Program-made: the position numbers and the translations under genes
Notes under the pieces: model-generated
Seen by the model: only the letters and a program-made list of their open reading frames with translations
What the model was told of the DNA's origin: nothing
The model's database searches: none
Shown: positions 38,706 to 48,055 of the stretch, piece by piece
Layout of the letters: each line of letters begins with the position of its first letter
Numbering within the stretch: the first letter of the stretch is position 1
Origin: a virus
Taxonomy: Duplodnaviria > Caudoviricetes
Length of the DNA: 64,000 nt
Strand: one strand, 5' to 3'
Virus record (IMG/VR): IMGVR_UViG_2852079565_000004
Coordinates: 1 to 64,000 of that record

Positions 38706-40471
38706 GCTGCCACCCCCATTTTTTTAGCTAACCATTGCGCTTGCTCTATAAACGCCTTACCGCGCTGTTCCAGTTCTTCTCTGCTGATGTAATCAAATGC
38801 TTTTCCATTCCATGTTTTATCGAATACAACAATTGCCCCAGCAAAGAATGCGCCAGTTGGTTTTTGTTTTTCATCAGCGGGGATAAACCACTTCGGAACG
38901 TCAAAACCAATACGCCCACGGATAAAACAGATGTGATCTGCATTTTCTGGCCACCACACTTCACTCGTTGCCGCTTTCAATAAAAAGACATAACGGCCAC
39001 CAAGTTCCCGCATCGCTGAAGCATGAGACATAATGTGACGAACGCCAGTGATTGCCTGTTTTTCATGATATGAACTGCGTGAGTACGGAGGGTTACCAAA
39101 GGCAACACCGCCAATTTCTTTTAACTTCGCTGACCAATCTTGCGTGAGTGCGTTATCTTCAGCTGTATAGAAATGAGGAGCCTTACTATTTTCACCATCG
39201 GTGAATAGGTCTAGTGTGAAAGGTCCATAAATTGAATTAATGCCACATACGAGGTTTTCGGGGGATTGCCACTGATCCCCAATTTCATTTAATTTATGGG
39301 TAGGCTGTAACTTCAACGAATTGAGCTTTTTAACGTAATCACTTTGCGGAATGGCCTGCGCTACAGCATTGCAAATACGCTCACCAATCCAACGCATGAC
39401 CGGCACAGCCATTGAATTACCAAGAGCGCGATAGCGGTGACCATCTGGGCAATCATCAATAGATTTATTATTGAAAGGTACTTTGGTGTGATTATCGGGA
39501 AAGCCCTGTAGGCGTTCGCATTCAATTGGGGTTAATCTGCGTACGATATTGTTAATACTAACGCCATGGCGATCTACTTTTGTTAATGTGTATGAAATAT
39601 CGCTTTCGTTGTAGCCATTTCCATTACCGCCATTTTCAGGTTTACGGCCTATTGTATTACCCGCTAATGCAACAACATGAAAATCGCCAGTGAATGCTTC
39701 TTGGTTGCCTAGCCAGTGTTTAGCACCGCAATTTGCTAAGATGGTTCCTGTTGTTTGATTGCCGCTTGCAAGGCATTCTCCAACATCGCTGGTAATTGCT
39801 TCCCTCTGCGCTCTGCTCGTCTCAATATCCCCTCGCATGCCTGCTTGCTCAAATAATATTTCTGAGACACTGATGTCTTTTCTAGCAGTTGCGACAACGA
39901 AGACACGACGACGTCGTTGGGGCACTCCGAAATATTGAGCGTCGAGGATCCGCCAAGCGATAGTTCTTTGTGGTCCAGACACAACACCAGCGTTTGACCA
40001 TTTTTCCCCTGTTGGCTTAAGTTCTTCACTTTCCCCGGCAAGTCCAGCAAGAAAACATCCAAAGGCATTGTCTTTGCTGCTGAGAACGCCGGGGACATTT
40101 TCCCAGACGATGATTGCTGGCTCTTTGCCTTCGTTTTTTCTGATTTCATCAATACAGTCCGCTAATTCAACAAATGATAAAGTTAGTTGCCCACGCTCAT
40201 CACTTAAACCACCACGTAAACCCGCTACGCTAAACGCTTGACATGGAGTGCCACCTACCAACACATCTGGCGCGGTTACTTCACCAACTTTCAATTTGTC
40301 AGCAATCGTAGTCATGTCGCCTAGATTTTTAACTTCTGGCCAGTGATGATTTAATACTGCGCAAGGGAATGGCTCAATTTTACTAAACCACTCAGGTTTC
40401 ATGTTTAATGGTTCCCAAGCAACGCTTGCAGCTTCAATGCCAGAGCACACAGATCCGTAAGTTAATGACAT
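38702..40471 (-). CDS. Fused C5-cytosine methyltransferase + phage Dam-type N6-adenine methyltransferase
   Basis: N-part SVCSGIEA, GTPCQ, ENVPG, QRRRR, LGNS; C-part W.SP, LDLF, NPPYS, GRIGF. Confidence 0.9.
   Translation of the reverse strand: MSLTYGSVCSGIEAASVAWEPLNMKPEWFSKIEPFPCAVLNHHWPEVKNLGDMTTIADKLKVGEVTAPDVLVGGTPCQAFSVAGLRGGLSDERGQLTLSFVELADCIDEIRKNEGKEPAIIVWENVPGVLSSKDNAFGCFLAGLAGESEELKPTGEKWSNAGVVSGPQRTIAWRILDAQYFGVPQRRRRVFVVATARKDISVSEILFEQAGMRGDIETSRAQREAITSDVGECLASGNQTTGTILANCGAKHWLGNQEAFTGDFHVVALAGNTIGRKPENGGNGNGYNESDISYTLTKVDRHGVSINNIVRRLTPIECERLQGFPDNHTKVPFNNKSIDDCPDGHRYRALGNSMAVPVMRWIGERICNAVAQAIPQSDYVKKLNSLKLQPTHKLNEIGDQWQSPENLVCGINSIYGPFTLDLFTDGENSKAPHFYTAEDNALTQDWSAKLKEIGGVAFGNPPYSRSSYHEKQAITGVRHIMSHASAMRELGGRYVFLLKAATSEVWWPENADHICFIRGRIGFDVPKWFIPADEKQKPTGAFFAGAIVVFDKTWNGKAFDYISREELEQRGKAFIEQAQWLAKKMGVAA
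39736..40152 (-). CDS. Nested alternative-frame ORF inside the C5 methylase (beta-polypeptide-like)
   Basis: SLSQLLE...QKYYLS..ACEGILRRAERRGKQLP..L..AL. Confidence 0.55.
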   Translation of the reverse strand: MMKSEKTKAKSQQSSSGKMSPAFSAAKTMPLDVFLLDLPGKVKNLSQQGKNGQTLVLCLDHKELSLGGSSTLNISECPNDVVVSSLSQLLEKTSVSQKYYLSKQACEGILRRAERRGKQLPAMLENALQAAIKQQEPS

Positions 40472-40719
40472 TAGATAGCACCCCGCTGCTGGTGGGATTT
40501 AACATACTCGCGCATATGCTTATAACGCTGCTGAACTTGAAAATGGTCAGCATGATGGTTTAAATGGCGAAACTTCCTGCAGGTAACTAAATCACGACGG
40601 GATTGATTCCATCTGTTGCGGAGCTTGCGAATAGTGCGCCATTTACGAAGCTGCTTGAACATGGCAATCATGCCTAGCACGTCAACGCCATAAATTGTTT
40701 TAGTTTCACTACGCATCAT
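40471..40719 (-). CDS. Hypothetical basic protein
   Basis: ATGA-coupled to the replication gene. Confidence 0.6.
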   Translation of the reverse strand: MMRSETKTIYGVDVLGMIAMFKQLRKWRTIRKLRNRWNQSRRDLVTCRKFRHLNHHADHFQVQQRYKHMREYVKSHQQRGAI

Positions 40720-41807
40720 GCTGTCACCTCTTTCGCTGCTTGCTCTGATGCCTGCTTCCAAATATCTATCCACGTTTTGCGCGCCTGAAAGTCTGTCATG
40801 CTACGGACGCCACGCTTACCAGCCAGATCAGCGGCGATTTCTTCAATTCTATTTTGAGGAGCTGAGCGCGAACTCACTATTCGGGTGTATGCACCATCAC
40901 GCTCCGCTGCATCGACATTAACCCTTAATCCACCAGCCAACTGAACATGAGCTTTTTCCCACTGTTCACGTAGAGATCTTGGACACAACACAGCTTGGTG
41001 CCAAAAATCATCCAAAGTGATTAACTTATAGAGTCGGCAAATATCTTTGTGGTCGCGCCCATCAATCTCACGCATTAAACGCACTTCGTTAACCCACTCC
41101 ACAATAGTGATATCATCTGGCTTACCTAGTTTTCGTTCGCTAAAGAGCCATTTTTTACGGTCAAATAGATACTCTGCGCAGATTAAATCTTCTTGGGTTC
41201 CCCATTTTTTGAAATTAGCGCTGTAAATCACCGCTTCTGGATAACGATTTAAAAAATCAATTTTTTTCGGGTCGCTTAATTCGTTAGAATTCTGCGACGA
41301 AAGGTTTTTATTCTCTGTAGTATTCTCTGTAGTAGTCTTTGGTAATGGTTGGGTCATGTTGCTACAATGCATTTGGGCATCATGATCCGATGCATTTGTG
41401 CAATCTGTATCATTGCAATTGGTCATATTGCTATTTTCCATTTGGTCATTTTGACCAAATGCATTTGTCATATGTTCAGACTCAAGTTTTGAAACAACTG
41501 AGTAGTCGACGCTATACCACTTTGTTTGGTCTCTTGGGTCTTTGTTGTAATTAGCTGAAAATAGCAAGCCCTTGGATTCCAAGCTGTTTAAGGCTCTTTT
41601 TATCGTTGCTTCACTCCAAAAAGGAAAGTGTTCTTTCTTCCAGTTGGCTACACTGTTGTAAACCCACTGTTTTTCATCATAGATATTCTTTGATATCTCT
41701 TGGTAATAATGGATTTGCTGCAATACCAGCGCCTCATTAAGCCCGATAATGCAGGATAACGTCTTAGATACCAGCAACGGCGGCTCATTGATTAAAAATC
41801 GACTCAT
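40716..41807 (-). CDS. Replication initiator (lambda O-like)
   Basis: INEPPL, IGLNEALVLQQ, WVYN, TKWY N-domain; W.NEVRLMR..D, FW...LCP.SLR C-domain. Confidence 0.88.
   Translation of the reverse strand: MSRFLINEPPLLVSKTLSCIIGLNEALVLQQIHYYQEISKNIYDEKQWVYNSVANWKKEHFPFWSEATIKRALNSLESKGLLFSANYNKDPRDQTKWYSVDYSVVSKLESEHMTNAFGQNDQMENSNMTNCNDTDCTNASDHDAQMHCSNMTQPLPKTTTENTTENKNLSSQNSNELSDPKKIDFLNRYPEAVIYSANFKKWGTQEDLICAEYLFDRKKWLFSERKLGKPDDITIVEWVNEVRLMREIDGRDHKDICRLYKLITLDDFWHQAVLCPRSLREQWEKAHVQLAGGLRVNVDAAERDGAYTRIVSSRSAPQNRIEEIAADLAGKRGVRSMTDFQARKTWIDIWKQASEQAAKEVTA
41310..41475. repeat. Probable iteron origin within initiator gene
   Basis: Degenerate TTGGTCAT / TGCATTTG repeats plus tandem CTCTGTAGTA. 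Confidence 0.55.
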
Positions 41808-41986
41808 TCCGTCACCCTTGTGAATTCGGCTTTAAATTTGTACAAAGGGGCGAAGCATTCATGTTCATAACCGTCACGCAAGAATATGACCCATTGCTTG
41901 ACTCGGTCATAACGTATGACACGAACACGAATACCACGCTTATCCAGATAAATACGATTGAGATTATTGGCATCTTCATTGGACAT
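41804..41986 (-). CDS. DUF4222 family protein
   Basis: D.RG..V.VIRYD....VIFLRDGYEHEC..P...F...F. Confidence 0.8.
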   Translation of the reverse strand: MSNEDANNLNRIYLDKRGIRVRVIRYDRVKQWVIFLRDGYEHECFAPLYKFKAEFTRVTE

Positions 41987-42173
41987 CACCTTTCCCCTTG
42001 CAATTAAAAAGAACTCGGACATTTAAATTGCCCACAGCCCATTCAACATATCTGCGGTTTACGGGGATCCATTCGTTCTGTACCATAAGTTCATATTGCA
42101 ATTGCGAGGTTCCAGCAGAACTCGCTGAGCATCTCAGTTGCACTAAACCTGAATTATTTGATAGACTCCTCAA
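41976..42173 (-). CDS. Hypothetical protein
   Basis: ORF in early right operon. Confidence 0.5.
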   Translation of the reverse strand: MRSLSNNSGLVQLRCSASSAGTSQLQYELMVQNEWIPVNRRYVEWAVGNLNVRVLFNCKGKGDVQ

Positions 42174-42179
42174 TGCTAA

Positions 42180-42746
42180 TTACTCCACGCAAAGGTTGTT
42201 AGCACCAGACGCCTCGGACCGCATATCTGAGGCGTCAACCCTTTCAGGGCGACAAAATATGCGATAAATCAGTGATTCATGTTCTAATATTTTGGCTCTC
42301 GCTAAATATGACCTTTCCTTGATTCTCGCTCGCTCCGCTTCATCAACTTCACCATCAGCAATAGATTCTTTAATGCATTCGCAGTATTCGCCAATAGCAG
42401 ATAACGCTTCCATTAAGCGAATATTGATATCCTCGTTATCAACATCACCAATATCAGGTTGTGGAACAAAAACACCGCCCGATGCTTTAGCAACCGCATT
42501 TGCTATGTAGTGATTGCCACTTGCTTGCTGGAGAACCATTGCCCAACCAAACGGGAATAACTGATCACCATCAGTACGAAGGCGATTGAATAATGATTGA
42601 GTTGTCACCCCTGTTGGGTTATCGGTATCCTTTTTTCCTAACCATTCTGGCGCTTCATCATAGCCGCCGGGCAATGATGAAATTGTTTTTCTGATTGCGG
42701 CCACCAGCCATGCTGGTTGTTTTTCTGCTTGCCAATTTTGTTTCAT
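42180..42746 (-). CDS. YmfL family (CII-like) regulator
   Basis: QPAWLVAAIRKTI..LPGGY, LFNRLR.DGDQ, GGVFV. Confidence 0.85.
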   Translation of the reverse strand: MKQNWQAEKQPAWLVAAIRKTISSLPGGYDEAPEWLGKKDTDNPTGVTTQSLFNRLRTDGDQLFPFGWAMVLQQASGNHYIANAVAKASGGVFVPQPDIGDVDNEDINIRLMEALSAIGEYCECIKESIADGEVDEAERARIKERSYLARAKILEHESLIYRIFCRPERVDASDMRSEASGANNLCVE

Positions 42747-42813
42747 CCCACATCTCCTTTAAATTTGCTGTGGTTACATGAAAATTACAGTTCTGGTTTA
42801 ATCTTTCCGTAAA

Positions 42814-43047
42814 TCAATTGGCTGCTACTGACTGAGTTCCTCGTAAATAGGACCAATCAATATCAGGTCGAAGATCTTCACAGCGAACAATGCCAGCTGT
42901 TGCCTTTTCAATTTCAGGACAGCGCTCAGCTGGAATTTGTCGAACTCCGTTTGCCCATTGAGAAATAAGAGTGGTCGGAACTCCTAGTTTTTTTGCCAGC
43001 TCGGTAGCTTTGCCTCGTTTGTCGCTTGTGTATGTTTTTAGTGTCAT
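42814..43047 (-). CDS. Cro-like / YdaS family HTH regulator
   Basis: LAKKLGV...ISQW, IEKAT.G.V...DLRPDIDW. Confidence 0.88.
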   Translation of the reverse strand: MTLKTYTSDKRGKATELAKKLGVPTTLISQWANGVRQIPAERCPEIEKATAGIVRCEDLRPDIDWSYLRGTQSVAAN

Positions 43048-43080
43048 CTGCTTCACCTTACATATGATTTTTACAAAATA

Positions 43081-43143
43081 ATAGCGTAACGCTATCAATA
43101 GTCAATAGCGTTTCACTTCTTCTAATGGTTAGCGCGTTGCTAT
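43081..43143. promoter_or_regulatory. Right operator region (three sites)
   Basis: ATAGCGTAACGCTAT 43081, ATAGCGTTTCACTTC 43105, TTAGCGCGTTGCTAT 43129. Confidence 0.8.
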
Positions 43144-43176
43144 CTAATGTAGAAAATGGATGAAATTGGCAGCGAT

Positions 43177-43644
43177 ATGAAAACTATTGAAGAAATCAGA
43201 CGCGATTGGCTTAACCTGCTTATTGAGCAACACAAAACTATCGCAAACTTAAATGTGGCCTTGGGGCGTGCAAAAACAGACGCAACCTTATCGCAAATAA
43301 GAAACAAGGCGACCGACAGTAAAAGTGGAAACCCTAGAAATATGGGCTCACCTTTAGCAAGAGAAATCGAAGAGAAACTTGGCTTTGAGGTAGGTACACT
43401 GGATCATGACCCATATAAGATTAATAAGTCCCATGGCGATGATGAATTTATAAAAGCATATAATTCCGCTGATGAAGCCATTCAATCAATAATTAATTTT
43501 ATTTTAAATAGAGATACGTCCAACCCTCTACCACAGTGGGTAGACACTGATGCTAAAGCTCATGCGGATTCATTAGAGCTAAAATCAAGGAAGTGGTTTG
43601 CTGGCAATAAAAGCAATGAAGGTGAAATCAAAGCCAGAGCTTAA
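43177..43644 (+). CDS. Prophage repressor (CI-like) lacking S24 peptidase domain
   Basis: Divergent from cro; IRR..L, LSQI, RNMG..LAREIE..LG...G.LD N-domain. Confidence 0.78.
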   Translation: MKTIEEIRRDWLNLLIEQHKTIANLNVALGRAKTDATLSQIRNKATDSKSGNPRNMGSPLAREIEEKLGFEVGTLDHDPYKINKSHGDDEFIKAYNSADEAIQSIINFILNRDTSNPLPQWVDTDAKAHADSLELKSRKWFAGNKSNEGEIKARA

Positions 43645-43717
43645 ACTTGCTTGGTCTGATGGTAAGCCATTATTTTTACCCACAAAAAAATTCCCGCCTA
43701 AAGTTTACACATAAATA

Positions 43718-43760
43718 ATAGCGTATTGCTATTGACATGATATTAGCGAGACGCTATCTT
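43718..43760 (+). promoter_or_regulatory. pL promoter with two operators
   Basis: TTGACA(43732)-17-TATCTT overlapped by ATAGCGTATTGCTAT and TTAGCGAGACGCTAT. Confidence 0.82.
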
Positions 43761-43812
43761 TTATCTCATCAGCAAAACAGATACTAAATTTCAAATATGT
43801 GGGGTGCTTAGT

Positions 43813-44007
43813 ATGGGAATGCTTATCTTAACTCGCCGAGTCGGTGAAACTCTGAATATTGGTGATGATGTTAAAATTACAATTTTAGGGCGCAATGGTA
43901 ATCAAGTGAGAATTGGCATCGAAGCCCCAAAAAATGTTGGTGTATATAGAGAAGAAATTTATCAACGTATCTTAGCTGAAAATAGTATTGCCACTGCTAG
44001 TGATTGA
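43813..44007 (+). CDS. csrA: Phage-encoded CsrA/RsmA family RNA-binding protein
   Basis: [45 protein letters not shown]. Confidence 0.95.
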   Translation: MGMLILTRRVGETLNIGDDVKITILGRNGNQVRIGIEAPKNVGVYREEIYQRILAENSIATASD

Positions 44008-44230
44008 CCCTTGTAGTTTTTGGCGGTGTTGTGCCGCCCTTTTTCATAATACATAAGGCCACTGATATTCAGTGTTCATACTAGGTAAACATATTCATTA
44101 TTTGTCAGTGGCTTTATTTATTATTTAATTATTTTTTTATTTATATTTATATTTAGCCAACACCAAGGAATTAATTCTCTTTATTAAGAGACGGACTCTT
44201 ATTATCTAAATATTGCGTGGAGTATTAATT

Positions 44231-45007
44231 ATGTCGAAAGAACTAACGTTAAGTGAGTTATTAACTCAGCGGTGCGTTGAATTTGCAAATAGCGAACAGG
44301 CCGTAGAAATTATTGATAAAGGTATCACTAAATTATTTACCAGTGTTGTTGATGATGCCTTTCGTTCCTATGGTGATTTCGGTAAGGCTTTTAATAAGGC
44401 AATGGAAAGTGCCTTACCAGCGAATATAGAGGATGTAGTTGATTTGAAAAAATACAACACGCTGGTTGCTGAAAAAATACGTAACTCTTGGGAGGATTCA
44501 GGTATTGAGGCTGATTTACAAGACAAAGTTATCGCTTTAGTAAAAGATTTCACAAGTGACGATGAGTGCCCTAAATACATAAAAGCATCTGATTTGTGGG
44601 AGGCATTTATAGAGGATAAAAGCGAGTCAGCGATGGAAAACCAATGGGAGTCACCGCAAGTATTTATTAATGATGAGCATGATGGGTTTATTCAAGTCGG
44701 CATACATCCAGAAGAAAGGTCAACATCAAGATACTCGTCTAATTCAGTTAGTGCATATAGCTGTGATTATAGTTTCCATTTAAGCATTCAACGTACAGGG
44801 GGTTACAACAGCGAACCCCTACTGCAGGATGGTAATAATGTTTATGAGTTAATTGGGGGTAAGGTAAATGACAGGATTTTAGGTAAGAAAATAGTTAAAG
44901 CATATTCCCGTTTCGACAAATTAGTCTTAGCGCTTTATTACGGTGGGAGTCTCTTGGTGTGGGATGAGTCACCAGAAGGTATTTGTTATAGCAATGGTTG
45001 GGATTAA
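44231..45007 (+). CDS. Hypothetical phage protein
   Basis: Long ORF, GGAG RBS. Confidence 0.75.
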   Translation: MSKELTLSELLTQRCVEFANSEQAVEIIDKGITKLFTSVVDDAFRSYGDFGKAFNKAMESALPANIEDVVDLKKYNTLVAEKIRNSWEDSGIEADLQDKVIALVKDFTSDDECPKYIKASDLWEAFIEDKSESAMENQWESPQVFINDEHDGFIQVGIHPEERSTSRYSSNSVSAYSCDYSFHLSIQRTGGYNSEPLLQDGNNVYELIGGKVNDRILGKKIVKAYSRFDKLVLALYYGGSLLVWDESPEGICYSNGWD

Positions 45008-45021
45008 TGAGGGTATAAATT

Positions 45022-45498
45022 ATGCAACTTAGCCAAATTGATTTAATTTCCGCTATTTCTACTGAAATAGAAAAACAAATACCCGGCATACCTGCTGAAC
45101 CTCGTTATTTGAATGCCATTATTAAGGCCGCAAATTTGGTTTGTGACGAATTCAAAAAGCCGCTTGTTAAAGCTTCTGAGGGTATGGGACTTACTGCATG
45201 GCTTGCTAGTGATGATGTAGGGGCGAGTTCAAGATACATGGCTTCCGTTCTTTCTGACCAATTTAGAGCTCCAAATCATTACCCTTTGGATGGTGCTGAT
45301 TTAGGCCGCTGTATTAGATTGCTGGTGGCTGTACCTGAACTAGCAAGCCAATTACATGAAATGAAAGCATGTTCACCTCAGTGGTCAGCTGTTATCGATA
45401 ATTGGGATAAATGGAAAGAACTCTACGAAGCTGGTGAAGGTAAAAAGCTTTATCAAGAAATGAAATTAACTTACGAGTCACTAAGGGATTTGCCATGA
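45022..45498 (+). CDS. Hypothetical phage protein
   Basis: WL.SDD.G.SS, P.DG.DLGRC..L. Confidence 0.75.
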   Translation: MQLSQIDLISAISTEIEKQIPGIPAEPRYLNAIIKAANLVCDEFKKPLVKASEGMGLTAWLASDDVGASSRYMASVLSDQFRAPNHYPLDGADLGRCIRLLVAVPELASQLHEMKACSPQWSAVIDNWDKWKELYEAGEGKKLYQEMKLTYESLRDLP

Positions 45499-45695
45499 AA
45501 ACCTTGAATAGCATCCCATGGCTTGGAGAGTGCCCTAAATGCGCTCATGAATCAGCACGAGTACAAACTGAGAATGGGAAAGATGACTGGCTTTATTCTG
45601 GGGATAAAGTCACTTGTGAAAATTGCGGGCACACTGGTGAAATAGAAGCTGATGGTGAGTGTGCTTGGTGTGAGTGGAATGATGTAAATGAATAG
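45495..45695 (+). CDS. Small zinc-ribbon protein
   Basis: CPKC...C..CG. Confidence 0.65.
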   Translation: MKTLNSIPWLGECPKCAHESARVQTENGKDDWLYSGDKVTCENCGHTGEIEADGECAWCEWNDVNE

Positions 45696-46485
45696 CATCA
45701 AACACCCTGTTATTCGCTACCATGGCGGCAAGTTTCGACTTGCCCCATGGGTGATTAGTCACTTTCCAGATCATCGTTGTTATGTTGAGCCGTTTGGTGG
45801 TGCCGCCAGCGTTCTTATGCATAAAGAGCGTAGTTATGCTGAGGTATACAATGATCTAGATAGCGAGGTAGTTAATTTATTCACTGTATTACGCGACGCT
45901 GAACTGAATGAAAAACTTCAATTAGCTTGTAAATTGACACCCTATTCACGTGATGAATTCAAACTGGCCAGTGAGCCTGCTACCGACCCAGTAGAAAAAG
46001 CCAGAAGAATGGTTGTTCGTACCTGTATGGGATTTGGCTCTGCTTCTGGTCTTCGTGGTACATCAGGCTTTCGCTCGGATAGTAAAAGAAAATATGCCCT
46101 CTCCTCTCACTTATGGACTAAATACCCAGAAAATTTAAGTGCTGTTTGCCAGCGCCTGCAGGGGGTGATTATTGAAAATAAAACGGCCGTGGAATTAATA
46201 AAGCAACACGATTCAAATGACACATTGTTTTATTTAGATCCACCTTACGTTTCTGATACTCGAGTAAAAGGAAACCGGTACTACAACTTTGAAATGACAA
46301 ATGAACAACACCAGGAGCTACTTAATTCAGTAAAAGAAATTAACGGGAAAGTTTTAATTAGCGGTTACGAATCTGATTTATACAACAGCGAATTATCAAC
46401 ATGGAGGAAAGTAACTAAAAACTCAAGAATTTCTGCAGGTAGAGGAACTGGCATTCGTACTGAATGCCTGTGGTTGAATTTTTAA
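45688..46485 (+). CDS. DNA adenine methyltransferase (D12/Dam-like, alpha class)
   Basis: Y.GGK, YVEPFGGAASV, YLDPPY. Confidence 0.92.
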   Translation: MNSIKHPVIRYHGGKFRLAPWVISHFPDHRCYVEPFGGAASVLMHKERSYAEVYNDLDSEVVNLFTVLRDAELNEKLQLACKLTPYSRDEFKLASEPATDPVEKARRMVVRTCMGFGSASGLRGTSGFRSDSKRKYALSSHLWTKYPENLSAVCQRLQGVIIENKTAVELIKQHDSNDTLFYLDPPYVSDTRVKGNRYYNFEMTNEQHQELLNSVKEINGKVLISGYESDLYNSELSTWRKVTKNSRISAGRGTGIRTECLWLNF

Positions 46486-46514
46486 GTCTGTATGCGGCAG
46501 GCGTGGAGGTGATT

Positions 46515-46730
46515 ATGGAAGGTATTTCAGTTGAGTGCTTACCGATATCGGTTTATTGCAAGATATTTAATGATACAACCGACGCGATAAGAAAACGGAT
46601 TGAAAGGCAGTTCTGGCATGAGGGAGTTCAAGTTTTAAAAATTGAAGGCTCGAAAGAGCGATGGATCGATTTGATAGAGGTGAACAAGTGGGCCAGACAA
46701 AACAAAATATCCTCCCCCGTGGAGTTATGA
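46515..46730 (+). CDS. Excisionase
   Basis: GGAGG RBS; W.EGVQV......ERWIDL.EVNKWAR; overlaps int. Confidence 0.8.
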   Translation: MEGISVECLPISVYCKIFNDTTDAIRKRIERQFWHEGVQVLKIEGSKERWIDLIEVNKWARQNKISSPVEL

Positions 46731-47860
46731 TCCGTAAACACAGAACAGGAGAAACAATTAATATTTCATTTACATTTAAAGGGGTTCATTGCCGAGAGCC
46801 CCTATCTAATCTTGAAGTTAACCCTAAAAATATAAAATATGCAGAACGCTTATTAGGGGAAATATATAACAAAATTGAAAAAGGTATTTTTTCTTATGTT
46901 GAGTATTTCCCTAAATCATCAAAATTAAAAGTATTTGGCAACAAACATAGAGGTAGAAATATTAATGAATATCTGGATGAATATTTAGATATTTGTGAAA
47001 CCAGAGGTTTATCCCCTTCCACAATTGGTGGCTATAAAAAATGTAAAAGTGCCCTTTCTACACTGCATGATTTATCAGTGGTAGATTTGACGCCTGGTAT
47101 ATTAAAAACATGGATCCAAAAACAAAAGACATCATTAAAAACAATTAGGAACCAGTTATCTTTTTTGCGTAGCGCATTAGACGAGGCTGTAACTGATGGA
47201 TTGATTCCCTCTAACCCAGCAAGCTTAGTTACGGCCTCAAGATACCAAGCTAAAAATAGCGCATCAGATAGTGATTATATTGTGGATCCTTTAGCGCCAG
47301 AGGAAGTCACCGCTATTCTGGCTGCTGTACGATACGAACAATGGAGAAACTTGTTCCAATTTGCAATTAATACTGGGTTACGTAGCTCTGAGTTATGCGC
47401 GTTACACTGGGATGATATAGATTTCATCGATAACAAAGCTCACATTAAATCCGCCAGCGTTGTTGGTGTTATTAAAGGCACTAAAACAAAGGCGGGAACA
47501 CGGATCATAGAATTGAATGAATATGCTATTTCCGCAATTAACGCCCAGAAACAATTCACTTTCTTAAAGGGTGATACTATTTTCGAAGATCCAAAAACAA
47601 ATAAAGCATGGGCTGGTGCTGATGCAATTCGAAAAAAAGCATGGGTACCAACATTAAAGAAAGCTGGCGTACGATATAGAAACCCGTATCAAACACGACA
47701 CACATTTGCGATCAAACATATTAGTAATGGCGTTAACCTCTTTTGGCTGGCTTCACAGATGGGACATAAAGGCCCTGAAATGCTTTTTAGGCACTACGGC
47801 GCATACCTAGAAGAGTATGACGGCAACACATCAATTTTAAAGAAAGCGGACAACCAATAG
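46688..47860 (+). CDS. Prophage tyrosine integrase (arm-binding N-domain)
   Basis: GLRSSE, KT, YQTRH, MGH, HYG; GTG start inferred; adjacent to attR. Confidence 0.95.
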   Translation: MGQTKQNILPRGVMIRKHRTGETINISFTFKGVHCREPLSNLEVNPKNIKYAERLLGEIYNKIEKGIFSYVEYFPKSSKLKVFGNKHRGRNINEYLDEYLDICETRGLSPSTIGGYKKCKSALSTLHDLSVVDLTPGILKTWIQKQKTSLKTIRNQLSFLRSALDEAVTDGLIPSNPASLVTASRYQAKNSASDSDYIVDPLAPEEVTAILAAVRYEQWRNLFQFAINTGLRSSELCALHWDDIDFIDNKAHIKSASVVGVIKGTKTKAGTRIIELNEYAISAINAQKQFTFLKGDTIFEDPKTNKAWAGADAIRKKAWVPTLKKAGVRYRNPYQTRHTFAIKHISNGVNLFWLASQMGHKGPEMLFRHYGAYLEEYDGNTSILKKADNQ

Positions 47861-47954
47861 ACACCGCTAGGACTATGGATAAGCCGTAAATCATGCGCAG
47901 GGCAATATTTAGCTAATTACCATTTATATAACAATAGGTTAAACAACTCCAGAT

Positions 47955-47982
47955 GCGGGTTCAACTCCCGCCAGCTCCACCA
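47955..47982 (+). repeat. attR of prophage / left junction of island 2
   Basis: Exact 28-bp copy of ssrA 3' end, followed by hairpin AACGACCTGA...TCAGGTCGTTTTT. Confidence 0.95.
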
Positions 47983-48055
47983 CTATCTAACGACCTGATT
48001 CTTAACAAGTTTCAGGTCGTTTTTCTTTCTATCATGTCGAAATTGTGCCGCAGGA

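Larger units (their letters stand above)
868..47982. mobile_element. Lambdoid siphovirus prophage integrated in ssrA, apparently complete
   Basis: att direct repeats; int/xis, cI/cro, replication, Q, lysis, terminase, portal, capsid and tail modules present with no obvious disrupted ORFs. Confidence 0.95.

Noticed and set aside
34631-46485. Methylases as parts of restriction-modification systems
   Set aside because: No adjacent cognate endonuclease; positions are typical of orphan phage methylases.
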